A DNA stretch of 64,000 nucleotides from Octopus vulgaris. Taxonomy: Eukaryota. Position numbers and translations under genes: made by a program. The notes beneath the pieces were generated by a model, which saw only the letters and a program-made list of their open reading frames with translations, was not told where the DNA came from and did no database searches. Shown piece by piece: positions 11,960-25,016 of this stretch (positions are counted from its first letter, which is position 1; every line of letters starts with the position of its first letter). Location: contig OX597842.1 of NCBI GenBank assembly GCA_951406725.2, positions 1,054,001-1,118,000 of the forward strand. Reading direction: 5' to 3'.

Positions 11960-12250
11960 CTGAGCAACAGAAGAACTGTTTTGCCATATTTCTGCTAACC
12001 CTTTAATCTTTTGAGTTCAAAACTCACTGAAGTTAGCTTTGCGTTTCATCCCTCCTGGGTCAAGCCCTGGGGTCAATGGCAGAAGTGTTAGCAAGCTAGA
12101 TGAAATATTTCACCCCAGCTTTACATTCTGAGTTCAAATTACACAGAGGTCGACTTTGCCTTTCATTCTTTCAGGGTCAATAAATTACCAGTACCACTGA
12201 AACACTGGGGTCAATGTAATCGATTAGTCCCCTCCCCCAAAATCTGAGGA
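11960..12250 (+). mobile_element. degenerate SINE family B copies
   Basis: GAGTTCAAA...GACTTTGCCTTTCATTCTTTCAGGGTCAATAAA. Confidence 0.65.
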
Positions 12251-12276
12251 AGGATTCTTCTTCTTATTATTATTAT

Positions 12277-12832
12277 TGAGTGAGAGAGCAGTTCATGCCA
12301 TCAAAGTGACACTGGGGTAAAATATATGAAGCCCAGTATACCCATCATGACTACTCGTCTGATAAGGGTACACCAGGCACATGCATTACAACCATATGTG
12401 CGTGACATGGTGATCTCATATCAAGATTCACAGTGAATGACCTTGCAGGTGGGGCCCAGTTAGAATTTTCTTTGGGTCAAGTAGCCCATCCCACTCAAAA
12501 GGTCCCTGAATAAGGGTTGTTTAAGGATAATAAATGAAGCACCCATGTTTCTAGAGATGAATTATTCAAACCCCAAAGAATCCCTCTCAAAACACGGCTA
12601 TGATGCTCCCCCACTACTTCTGCTCGTGATCAGAGATGCAAATATCGTCAGCCACTAAGGGACATGCTCAACTGGTTAAGGTCAAATAACTGACAAGCAA
12701 ATCTGTGGTATTGAGCAGAATATTTGCTGTAGCCCATCTTTTATACCAAGACAAAACAATGTATATGATAACACTTCCAATCAGTTAAGATCAGAAGCCA
12801 CGAGAGCCACTGCCTGGTACTGCATCAGGGCA
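12277..12832 (-). mobile_element. ~555 bp non-coding element embedded in (TAA)n
   Basis: Flanked by TTA repeats on both sides; its 3' 94 bp recur at 42907-43000, also inside (TAA)n. Confidence 0.7.
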
Positions 12833-12856
12833 TTATTATCATTATTATTATTATCA

Positions 12857-12887
<31 letters not shown>

Positions 12888-13321
12888 TATTATTATATGT
12901 TTGGCTTTTGCTTTGCAGAAGTTGACTCCAAGTTTCTCTCAGAAATTTTGAGAGACATGAAGTTAGAAGTTGAAGTTGTGAGTAGGTTGCCATATTTTTA
13001 ATTTTTGCACAGAGCATTGTTCTAGAGAATGTCTGTGAAAACAAGAAAAGTTGGTTTTAAAATCAATCTGGAGATCGGATGACAGCGTGATGTTAAAATG
13101 ACAGTAAAAGGTATTTTGCTATTCTGTACATTTAACAGTAAAATATTAACAGATTAAAATGCTTTGGGAATTACATAGACAATATTTTTTGTAGGATATG
13201 AGCAGTTCCTATGAGCCCTAATTTCTGAATTTCTTCCATTTTTGGATTTGCAATCATTCCAAGGATACCTATGACACAGGTATTGTTTCAATTTTGAGGT
13301 TCCACATTTTGCCATACTCTA

Positions 13322-14120
13322 TTACTCTTTACTTGTTTCAGTCATTTGACTATGGCCATGTTGGAGCACCACCTTTAGTTGAGCAAATCGAGCCCTGGAC
13401 TTATTCTTTTTAAGCCTAATACTTATCCTATCGGTCTCTTTTTGCCAAACCGCTAAGTTACAGGGATGTATACAGACCAGCATCAGTGTTGGGGGAACAA
13501 ACACAAACACACACACACACATATATACATATACATATATACGATGGGCTTCTTTCAGTTTCCATCTACCAAATCCACTCACAAGGCTTTGGTTGGCCCA
13601 AGGCTATAGTAGAAGACATATGCCCAGGAGTGGCTGTGTGGTAAGTAGTTTGTTTACCAACCACATGTTTCCAGGTTCAGTCCCACTGTGTGGCACCTTG
13701 GGTAAGTGTCTTCTATTATAGCCTCGGGCCGACCAAAGCCTTGTGAGTGGATTTGGTAGACGGAAACTGAAAGAAGCCCGTCGTATATATGTATATATAT
13801 ATGCGTGTGTATGTTTGTGTGTCTGTGTTTGTCCCCCTAGCATTGCTTGATAACCGATGCTGGTGTGTTTCTGTCCCCGTTACTTAGCAGTTCGGCAAAA
13901 GAGACCGATAGAATAAGAACTGGGCTTACAAAAAGAATAAGTCCTGGGATCGAGTTGCTCGATTAAAGGTGGTGCTCCAGCATGGCCACAGTCAAATGAC
14001 TGAAACAAGTAAAAGAGTAAAAGAGAATAGAGAGTATGCCCAAGGTGCCATGCAGTGGGACTGAACCCAGAACTATGTGGTTGATAAGCAAGCTACTTAC
14101 CACACAGCCACTCCTGCACC
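13322..14120 (-). mobile_element. SINE family A interrupted by a second, inverted family A copy (13627-14034, +)
   Basis: Inner copy flanked by TSD TATGCCCA (13619-13626 and 14035-14042). Confidence 0.85.
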
Positions 14121-14629
14121 TATATAATAATAATGAACGCTGGTGTTGATACTCAATATGACAGACAGTTTAAATATTAACAATAATGTTAATTCTGCAC
14201 GTATTTCTTTTATTATTTTCTGAGGTTTCCAGAATATTAAAAAAAAAAAAAAAATCTGGGAAAAAAATATCAAAAATGAGCACAAAAAAAAGCACAAATC
14301 AGGTAAGATATTCGATTTCATTGCATTTTATTTTCATTTTTTCTCAAAGAATTTTAATCAGTCGCCATTCTTCACTCTCTTTCCATCGTCACCCCCCCCC
14401 CGACCAGCCCCCCCCCCCCCGCCACCAGTGCCACACCGAAATTTCTTCCGTTGATACCATTCTCCTAATGAATTACTCTGCCGGTAATAATGGCTGGCCC
14501 CTCCCCCCTCCTCCTCTTTTCTTATCGTTTCTTAATCCTGCTAATCATAGGATTGGTCGGTAACGACAATTGGCTTTGAGGATATCTCTGATTATATTTC
14601 ATTTCATTACATCCTATTGTTCATGTGTC

Positions 14630-14688
14630 ATGCATATATAGATATACTTATATACACACACATATACATACATATATATATATATATA

Positions 14689-14723
<35 letters not shown>

Positions 14724-14842
14724 ACATATATATAGAAATATATATGATACATATATATAGAAATATATATGATACATATATATATATATATATACACACA
14801 CATATATGCATGCATACACACACACACAAATATATATACATA

Positions 14843-14888
<46 letters not shown>

Positions 14889-15340
14889 TGTATGTAGGTA
14901 TATAATATATGTGTTTGTGTGCGTATGTGTTTATAGATGTATGTCTGAGTAGATGTACATAAGTATATATGTACATGCACGTACATATGTATGAAGGTAT
15001 ATGTAAGTATGCATAATATGTGTGTGAGTGTGTTTATGTATATGTGTATACATATACATATAATACATGCATGTATGTGTGTTGTGTGTGTAAATGTGCT
15101 GGAGTGTCTGACTATACATACATGTACACACACATACATATGATAGTGTATATATATGTACATGTGTGTGAAGGGGTTATTTCTATACAATGCTTGTTTA
15201 TGTGTATTTTTACATATATATATATACATATTTATGTATATGCTTGAATATGTGTGAACATACACAATATATAAGTATGCATGAAAATATATTAATATAT
15301 GTGTAGGCAAGTATATGTACATACAAACACATACACATAC
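14630..15340. repeat. degenerate TA/TG microsatellite
   Basis: Seen directly. Confidence 0.9.
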
Positions 15341-15452
15341 TGTCCAACATAAATGTCTGGATTCACAAGCAAAACAGAAAGAACTCAATACAGATGATAT
15401 GTGCAGTTATTTATGGTAGATAAGTGAAAATGGAAAGACGTCTATCATATAT

Positions 15453-15905
15453 ATCATCATCATCATCACCATTGTTTAACGTACGTTTTCCATGCTAGCA
15501 TGGGTGGACGGTTTGACCGGGGTCTGGGAAGCCTGGAGGCTACACCAGGTTCCAGTCTGATCTGGCAGTGTTCCTACAGCGAGATGCCCTTTCTAACACC
15601 AACCACTCTATGAGTGTAGTGGGTGCTTTTTACGTGCCATCGGCACAGGGGCCAGGGGAGGCTGGCATCGGCCACGTTCGGATGGTGCTTTTTACATGCC
15701 AAGGCATACGGTATCACAACTACAATTTCAATTTGATTTTTATTTTGATGCCGATGTACTTGACTCAATAGGTCACCTCAAGCACAGCAGGTCGCCCTAT
15801 GATCCAAGGTAAGCACAGCAGGCCGTCTTGCAATCCAAGGTACTTTGGATGGGCTGGGGCTGCTATGTGAAGCTGGTGCAGGAAACAACCATGAACTCAC
15901 ATTAT
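15453..15905 (-). mobile_element. RTE 3' UTR
   Basis: Reverse complement of 2285-2800. Confidence 0.85.
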
Positions 15906-15960
15906 TTATACAAATATATATGCTGAAGTGAGACAATCATTTACCTTCATGGTTCTTTGG

Positions 15961-15980
15961 TGACCACAAGGTGGCAGCGT
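15961..15980 (+). promoter_or_regulatory. candidate CTCF binding site
   Basis: TGACCACAAGGTGGCAGCG matches the CCACNAGGTGGCAG core; sequence match only. Confidence 0.4.
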
Positions 15981-16450
15981 GGGCAAAGCTCAATGACCAG
16001 TGGCAAAGGGGGATAATCACCGAATGTTTACTGTTATAGAGAGGCATTTCCCCCTCTATATTTTGAAGAGGTCTTAGGCCAGCAGTGCTTGGCATCTGAA
16101 GATATGTCGTAAGGACATACCCCTTATGATCAAGAAACCCAGGGTAACCCCATAAACCAGCAAAAATTCAAAGTGAAGGAAGTAAATAAAAGGGTGGTTA
16201 TGGGATAAGTAAGCAGGGTAGAGATCATATGGTGGGTGGGTGGGTGGGGTGGAAATAAAAAGAAAGAAGAAGAATTGGAAGAAGAAGAAGAAGTGGAAGA
16301 AGTGGAAGAAGAAGAAGAAGAAGTGGAAGAAGAAGAAGAAGGTGTGTGTTTGTGAGTGTATGTGCATGCATGTGTGTGTAGATATATGGAATATGTATGG
16401 ACGAGACTGCAGGGAATGGCATCAACTCTATGTATGTATAAACTATATAC

Positions 16451-16515
<65 letters not shown>

Positions 16516-16516
<1 letters not shown>

Positions 16517-17165
16517 TAGCATTATGGCTCGTCTTTGCCAGGTCATAGTGCTAGTGCATGTATATATGTGTAGATATATGTGTACATATTACATGTACAT
16601 CTATATATATATACATCTATACATAAAATACAAAAAACAAAGTTATATCTTGATATCGCTAGTGATAACAATACTGAAAATATATAACAGACTGGAATTG
16701 TAAGACTATTCCATTTCTGCACGCTAATTTTATTTTTAATTTATTCCCATTCATGTGAAACCACTTATTCAAGTTCAAATCATTGATGCGATTTTATACC
16801 AATTGCTAATTTTACTTTTGTTATGTTACTATTATATTATACTTTAGTTTGATTTTAATTATTACTTACTACATATAATTCAATTGTTATTATTATTTTT
16901 ATTGTTAAAGTGAAAGTATCTGACATAAAATAGAGAAACGTTTTTGTTTCACTTTTAACACGTAATACTGAAATAGTGGAGAAGATATGATATTGCTATG
17001 GGCTCGCTCTAGGCAAGAAGGTGAACATTTTTTGCCCATGACACTCCTCGGACCCTAAGTAAGGCATGTGTAAAACTTGAATGAAATTGGTTGTATAGTT
17101 CTCGAGTTATAGAGAAACACACAGACAGACAGACACACATTCTCAGTTTTATATATATTTATATA
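16516..17165 (-). mobile_element. degenerate non-autonomous Helitron
   Basis: A|CTAG plus a degenerate hairpin at the left end; CAGACAGACAGACACAC...TTTTATATAT at the right end, as in the other Helitrons. Confidence 0.55.
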
Positions 17166-17500
17166 TGTAAATTGATGGAGTGAAGCAGGTAAAATTCATG
17201 CTGCATACATTTCCTAGCCAGGAGATCCTCAAGTGGTTAACCATGGACTATATAAAAAATCGTTTTTCAACTTATTGAACTTCAATATGTGAAAAGCCTA
17301 CAACCCACACCAAGAAATTATTATTGGCCCAGAACAATGGATTTTATAAACACCACAGACTGCCTGAAGCTTACAAACTTCCTATACTTAAACCCTCGGA
17401 TCTTATAATTACAGCACTCAGAATGCATACCTGAGTCATCGTAATGAAAACTCCTCCTATACTCTCTCTCTCTCTCTCTACATATATATATATATATATA

Positions 17501-17925
17501 TAGGTGCAGGAGTGGCTCTGTGGTAAATAGCTTGCTTACCAGCCACATGATTTCGGGTTCAGCTCCACTGCATGGTACCTTGGGCACCGTGTCTTCTGCT
17601 ATATCTTTGAGCCGACCAAAACCCTATGAGTGTATTTGGTAGATGGAAACTGAAAGAAGCCTGTTGTATGTATATATATATATATATATATATGTATGAA
17701 CGTATGTGTGCGTATATGTTTGTGTGTCTGTATTTGTCCCCCCACCATCACTTGACAACAGATGCTGCTGTGTTTACCTGCCTGTAACTTAGCGGCTCAG
17801 TAAAAGAGACTGATATGATAAGTACTAGGCTTACAAAGAATAAGTCCTGGGATCAATTTGTTCAACTAAAAGGCGGTGCTCCAGCATGGCCACAGTCAAA
17901 TGACTGGAACAAATAAAAGAATACA
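17501..17925 (+). mobile_element. SINE family A, full length
   Basis: Consensus match. Confidence 0.85.
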
Positions 17926-18162
17926 TACATGTGTGTATATATATATATATACAGTCTGTTAGAATGTCTCAACCAGTCAACAAGTAACTTCTTCATTTTC
18001 CTTTTGACCAGATGATGTTCTTAAAATCTTCAAAATGCAAACATATTTTATTACGTATGTTTTGTAATTTGTATTGAGTGTGAATTGAAACAATTGTAGG
18101 CAATGTAAATTAATTAATAAATTAATTTTATCCATTAAATCTCACCATTTTCTTGCTTAATA

Positions 18163-18710
18163 ATCATCATCATCGTTTAACGTCCGCCTTCCATGCTAGC
18201 ATGGGTTGGACGATTTGACTGAGGGCTTGTGAACCAGATGGCTGCACCAGGCTCCAATCTTGATCTGGCAGAGTTTCTACAGCTGGATGCTCTTCCTAAC
18301 GCCAACCACTCTGAGAGTGTAGTAGGTGCTTTTTACGTGCCACCAGCACAGGGGCCAGTCAGGCGGTACTGGCAACAACCTCGCTCGAATCTTTTTACAC
18401 ATGCCACCGGCACAGGTGCCAGTAAGGCGATGCTGGTAATGATCACATTCTAATGGTGCCCTTTTACGTGCCACTGGCACAGAAGCCGGTTAGCTGCTCT
18501 GGCAACGATTACACTCAGATGGGGCTCTTGGCACCCTACTAGCATGGGCACAAGTGCCAGTAAGGCAACACTGGTAACGATCACACTTGAATGGTGCCTT
18601 TTATGTGCCACTGGCACAGATGCCGGTTATCCGCTCTGTCAACGATCACACTTGTATGGTGCTCTTTGCACCTCGCTAGCACGGATGCCAGTCATCGAAT
18701 TTGATTTTGA
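18163..18710 (-). mobile_element. RTE 3' end with UTR repeats
   Basis: Homologous to 9143-9545 and 48755-49365. Confidence 0.85.
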
Positions 18711-19589
18711 ATATGCAGAAAATGATAGATAGAGAGAGAGAGAGAAAGAAAGAGAGAGAGAGAGTGGGAGGAGGGGGAGAGGGAGATTTAAAAAGACAAA
18801 CTGACAGAGATATAAATGTAAAATATTAAGGTTGGATGATATGGAAAAATAATAAAACGATAATATTGCAATGAAATGGTTCCAAAGTATTTCAAAATAC
18901 AATAATATGTATTGGAAAACAGATTATCATAATCAAATCGTTTCAAAATATATTATTACATATTCTGAAACATCATATCTTATCCAAAATATATTACTAC
19001 AATCAAATTTGAAGATTACATATTCCATAGTATATTTTACAGTTGTACCATTTTAAAATATGTTATTAAAGACTCCAAACACATAATTGAAATAATACAT
19101 AATTAAATATTTGGAAGGACATAAATACAAACCGGTTTCATTTCTTCCATGAGATATGCATTGCAATGTAAGTGTTACTTGCTTGCTACAAGCTTCATTA
19201 CTCTGTGTCCATAAGCAAAACCAGGGTATTGTAATTATTTGTCTTTGTGTGTAAGCAAAATTACTGGAAAATGACTGAACAGGTTTTACCAAATTTGGCA
19301 GAAGTACTCATTGGGTAAGTGGGTCAAATTGATGAAAATTTGGTTTCATTATCTTCAAACATACATATATATACATACATAGATATGTGACTCTGTGTGT
19401 GTGAATGTGTGTGTGTGTGTGTGTGTGTGTACACAGATAGATTTGAGGGTTTTGTTTATTTATGAGATGATTTCTTAATTTCACTGGAGTATAAATACCT
19501 ATAATGGTATACTTAAAAAAAAAAAGATTCAGTACGGTTAAAAAGCATGGGTAAGTAATGCATTGTAAGCCACACTATTGCGAAAAAGC

Positions 19590-19654
19590 AACACATACAT
19601 ACATACTTATATATATATGTGTGTGTGCGTGTATGTGTGCCTGTATATCTATCT

Positions 19655-19739
<85 letters not shown>

Positions 19740-19864
19740 AAACATACGTATGATGTACGTATGAATACATATATATATATAAACATACATATTATGTACA
19801 TATGAATACATATATATATATATATATTCATATATATGTATTCATACGTACATAATATGTATGC

Positions 19865-19899
<35 letters not shown>

Positions 19900-20890
19900 T
19901 GGTAGGTGAATGTATACACACGTGTGTATATGTGTATATATGTGTGAGTGTGTGTGTTTGCATGAGGATTGTTGTCTCTTTTCATCTTGTGTAGCTGCAG
20001 GTGTTCATTAAATATCCATGACACTTGTTTGTGCATGTATATAAATATACACACCCATATAAACACACACATACAAACATACATGATTACATACATACAT
20101 ACATGGATGGATGTTGCTCTCTTTCTCTATATATATATACACACATACACACATATATATATATGCACACACACACATATATATATATATACACACACAC
20201 ATACATACGAATGATATGCACAAGTAGTTAAGAGTAACAACACCAACACTGCTGCTGCTACTACTACTACTACTACAATGATGAATACAAAGACTACTAT
20301 ACTATTGCTGCTACTACTAGCATGTCTACTACTACTATAACTACTAAAACTAGAATGATAATAATTACCTAATTAATTCATTTATGCGCAATAACATCAA
20401 CGCTAATGCTACGTTAACAATAACTACCACTGTGACCATCAACACCTCCACTACTATAACCACAACAAGCAGGACAACGACGGTGACCACCACCACCAAA
20501 GCCACCACTAAAACCAACACAATCATCACCACCACCAACACCAACAACACCACTACACATGATAACCACCACCACTACTACTGTCACTACCAACAGCACA
20601 ATCATCACCCCACCCCCACTACCAACAGTACAATCATCCCCACTAGAACTACTACACACAACAACCACCACCATCACTACAACCACATACACAACACATG
20701 ACAACCACCACCATCACCAAAGCATTGATCTCAACCACCACCACACCTCTCAATACCAACACCACCCACAACCACCACCACTACCACCATCATCATCAGT
20801 ACCACCCACAACCGCCTCCACCACCACCACTGCCATCACCCTCACTGTCATCACCCCCACCCTCCCCACAATCATACTACCCTCACTATC
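19590..20890. repeat. TA/CT/CA then ACT/CAC low-complexity tract
   Basis: Seen directly. Confidence 0.9.
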
Positions 20891-21370
20891 ACCAGCTGGG
20901 TGTTCATCCCCCTCAGCCAGTTAGTTTGCTTAATCCCCCCCCCCACAAATAATTCCTTTGATGTCAATTCAGAGACAGTTACATATACCTGCCAGGTGAA
21001 AAAAAAAAAAAACAAGAACAAAACAAGAAAACAAACAAAAAATAAATTTTTAAAAAACCCCTCACTATGTGTAAAATATAATATGGATATATTTATTAGA
21101 AATATTTCAAAGCTAACACAATCACCACCGTCACCATGCCCACCCTCGGAGACTGGAACAAGACTGATTCAAAAATTTCCTTAATTTATGCTGGAATGTT
21201 CTAAAGAGTAAAACCCTGTGGAATTTCTAGTTTAGAGAAACTTGTCAATAAGTATGAGCATATAGCATTTTTTTCTTTCTGTGGCCATGTTAGAGCACTT
21301 GTTACGACTTTTACTTCCTCTAAGCGATCGGGTTCGGTCTTCTCTGATGGAATATGGCAAAACATTCCCA

Positions 21371-21781
21371 TAGGCGCAGGAGTGGCTGTGTGGTAAGTAG
21401 CTTGCTTACCAACCACATGGTTCCGGGTTCAGTCCCACTGTGTGGCATCTTGGGCAAGTGTCTTCTGCTATAGCCCCGGGCCGACCAAAGCCTTGTTAGT
21501 GGATTTGGTAGACGGAAACTGAAAGAAGCCCGTCGTATATATATATATATATATATGCGTGTGTGTGTGTGTCTGTGTTTGTCCCCCTAGCATTGCTTTA
21601 CGACCGATGCTGGTGTGTTTACGTTCCTATCACTTAGCGGTTCGGCAAAAGAGACCGATAGAATAAGTACTAGGCTTACAAAGAATAAGTCCTGGGGTCG
21701 ATTTGCTCAACTAAAGGCGGTGCTCCAGCATGGCCGCAGTCAAATGACTGAAACAAGTAAAAGAGTAAAAGAGTAAAGAGT
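21371..21781 (+). mobile_element. SINE family A, full length
   Basis: Consensus match. Confidence 0.9.
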
Positions 21782-22906
21782 ATAGAATTTTGTAATCACT
21801 TAGCGAATTCAATGCTGAGGCGTTGTTCAGCCGTTATTAAGAATAAAGTCTACGGCACAAAGTACTAATATGTATTTCATTCTTGTTGCTCATTTTTGCT
21901 TCAATCTTAAGCTTTAAATAAAATTATAATGATTTGGTCTTAAACTAATTTTGCCGGTAAATTTGAAACGTTTATATTAATTTAGCATTAGAATTCTTCA
22001 AGTTGTATAAAAATAGTTATTTTCTGCATCATTCGAAAGAGAAATGAAATTCTGCATAAGGTGTGAAAGATAAAAATAATTCGTGTGGAGTTAATAACAA
22101 AATATTTTGTAAGAAATAGAACTTTTATCATTGATCTTAAATTTATTTTCGCCAGTGTATGTGTGTGTGTGTGTGTGTGTGTATAATTATATGAAAATGG
22201 AACAAAAATGCAATAGCGGGCATTAAAATGTTCGGACAGATAGACGACACAAAGGCAGACAAGAGAAATGACAATTAGAAGGACAGGCAAAGAAAGACGG
22301 GTCATTCTTGGCTTTCTTTCTTCAGTCAAGTACCAGAAGTCACGACCATTTCGGACAGCTACACTTGAAATGGTTCGATCTGGTTGTCCCTAAAAAGTCT
22401 AAGCTAAGAGCATTTGACCTCTTTGTAAGAAAGCTAGTGAATATGTACATCAACAAAGACAAAAAAAAACCAAATAAACAAAAAAAAGGAGAACATGGTA
22501 CACAATTACGAATACAAACATGAAACAACAGGTGTCTTTCGCCTGAGGACGAATCAAATTGAGCTGGCATGAATAGAGTGAAAACCTAAAGGCAGGAACA
22601 TAGGAGATGGACATAAGAAGTGTTGGTGGTCAGGAGGCAGTCCAGAAAAATAGATCATGGCTGGCCAGACACTGGTCCTGTGGAAAGAGGAGAAATGGGT
22701 AGGAGACAGTGGGATTGAAGGATTAGAAAGGGGAGATAAACAAGTGGGAAATAGTGGGAGTTAAAGAAAGAGGGCCAAGAAATGTGAGAGAGGGGGAGCG
22801 AGAGAAAAGAAGAAAAATGAGAAGGGGAATAAAAGATAGAATAAGAGTCATACAAAATTTAGATACATACCTAATATAAGGTGAGCACAAGGGTGTACGT
22901 ATGCTG

Positions 22907-22965
<59 letters not shown>

Positions 22966-23205
22966 TGTATATTTTCATTTGTCTTGCTCATTTTTACATT
23001 TTGGCATTTTGCTGAGATTTTTTCTTGAGAACACATTCTTCATGGTAATGGCAATTTGACAACTATGTTTAGCATATTAGGTGTCCACTTTAGTGGTCAT
23101 TCTCATTTGTATGTAACACAATTTTTAATCTTCAGATTTTTTAAATATGCTAAGCCACTGGTTTTAATTGATTAATATCAATTTATACCCTTATTATTTA
23201 ATTAT

Positions 23206-23250
<45 letters not shown>

Positions 23251-23290
23251 AACTTACTTGGAGAAGAGAAACAACGCGTGCGTTCGGTCT

Positions 23291-23851
23291 TATAATAACA
23301 ATATAATAGATAAATAAAACATGCATATATACATACATATATGTACATACTTACATCTATATGTATATATACATGCATATATATATAAATATGAGTACAG
23401 GACACCACAAATAATCATAGAACACAACGAGAAACGAGAACATAAAATCAAACAAGGAAACGGACTCTTTTTAACAACGAAAAAACAGAGTACTTCTTGT
23501 CACTTGTTTTACCCCTCTGCAAAAGAATTTTATTTAATTCCTTTTGCAGGAAGGACTGTTTCGGCCTGGCCGTGTTCTGCCCTTACCTTCGAAACACGCA
23601 TTGAGTCGAACCAGGGGCAGCTGATGAAGGGGAATTTTCCTTGTATTGTTTGTCCTGTACTCTGTTTTTTCATTGTTAAAAAGAGAGTCCGTTTCCTTGT
23701 TTGATTTTATGTCTTCGTTTCTCGTTGTATTCTACGATTATTTGTGGTGTCCTGTACTCATATATATGCATGTATATATACATATAGATGTAAGTATGTA
23801 CATATATGTATGTATATATGCATATGTTTTATTTATCTATTATATTGTTAT

Positions 23852-23853
<2 letters not shown>
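23291..23853. repeat. inverted repeat, ~200 bp arms and ~163 bp spacer, probable Penelope-like remnant
   Basis: 23291-23493 is the reverse complement of 23657-23853; flanked by (TA)n; spacer contains GAAAC and CTGATGAAGG. Confidence 0.75.
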
Positions 23854-23889
<36 letters not shown>

Positions 23890-23974
23890 ATATGTATGTA
23901 TAAGTGGAAGATTCACAGAAAAACAAAAGATGAAGATAGGTGTATTAGTTTGACGCATGAGAAGGTGAGAAAGT

Positions 23975-24010
23975 CTTTTATATTTCGAGCCTATGCTCTT
24001 CAACAGAAAG
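23975..24010 (-). ncRNA. degenerate minimal hammerhead-like motif
   Basis: Minus strand CTTT-CTGTTGA-AGAGCATAGGCTC-GAAA-TATA-AAAG; flanking sequence is similar to 63935-64000. Confidence 0.45.
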
Positions 24011-24079
24011 GAACACAAGAAGATAAACAAAGAGAGAATAAAAAAAGAACTTGAGGATTTAGTGGTCAATCATGGTGAC

Positions 24080-24415
24080 ACAAAAGAGACCGATAGAATA
24101 AGTACTAAGCTTGCAAACAATAAGTCCTGGGGTCAACTTGTCTGATTAAAGGCCGCACTCTAGCATGGCTGCAATCAAATGACTGAAACAAGTAAAAGAA
24201 AAATACACACATATATAAAGATGGGCTTCTTTCAGTTTCTCTCTATCAAATCCACTTTCAAGGCTTTCGTTGATCTGAGGCTATAGTAAAAGACTCTTAA
24301 CCAAGATGCCACACAATGGGACATAAAGTACCACGCAGTAGGACTGAACCTGGAACCATGTGGTTGGGAAGCAAGCTTCTTACCACACAACCACGCTATA
24401 TACAACCATGCCTAT
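24080..24415. mobile_element. SINE family A fragments (3' part on +, 5' part on -)
   Basis: Consensus matches. Confidence 0.7.
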
Positions 24416-24639
24416 ATATGGTTGTTGAAAAACTTCAGATTAGGAATGTTGGTGTAGATTTATGACTGAAGATGTTCCAACCATGACCATCATCACCATG
24501 TTTTTCCTAATCATTCCTTATTCTTTCTGTACAGTCTTGAAGCTTTTATCTGACCACCATTCCTGTTATTGTAGCCCAGGGCACATCCTCATATTTCGTC
24601 ATCACCATTTTTTAAGAGATGTGATTGATACAGGATATA

Positions 24640-24978
24640 GGATTTATTCTTTGTAAGGCTAGTACTTATTCTATTGGTCTCTTTTGCTGAACTGCTAAGT
24701 TACGGGGACGTAAACACGCCAGCATCAGTTGTCAAGCGATGTTGGGGAGACAAACACAGACACACAAACATATACTCACATACATACGTACATATATATA
24801 TATATATATTTATTTAAAGCAGCAGAAAATTCAACAAAACCTGTTACTCTGAGTTTCCCGGGAAACTCAGAGTAACAGATTTTGTTGAATTTTCTGCTGC
24901 TTAAATAAAGCATATTACTCTACCACTGGTATTTGAGTACTCTTTTTCCACCTTGTTTCACATTTATGTGTTTACTCC

Positions 24979-25016
<38 letters not shown>

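Noticed and set aside
12770-12832. HDV-like ribozyme at the 5' end of the TAA-embedded element
   Set aside because: Could not assign P1, P3 or P1.1 pairings by eye
23585-23640. Type II hammerhead (CGAAAC...GTC...CTGATGA)
   Set aside because: Stems I and III cannot be formed convincingly
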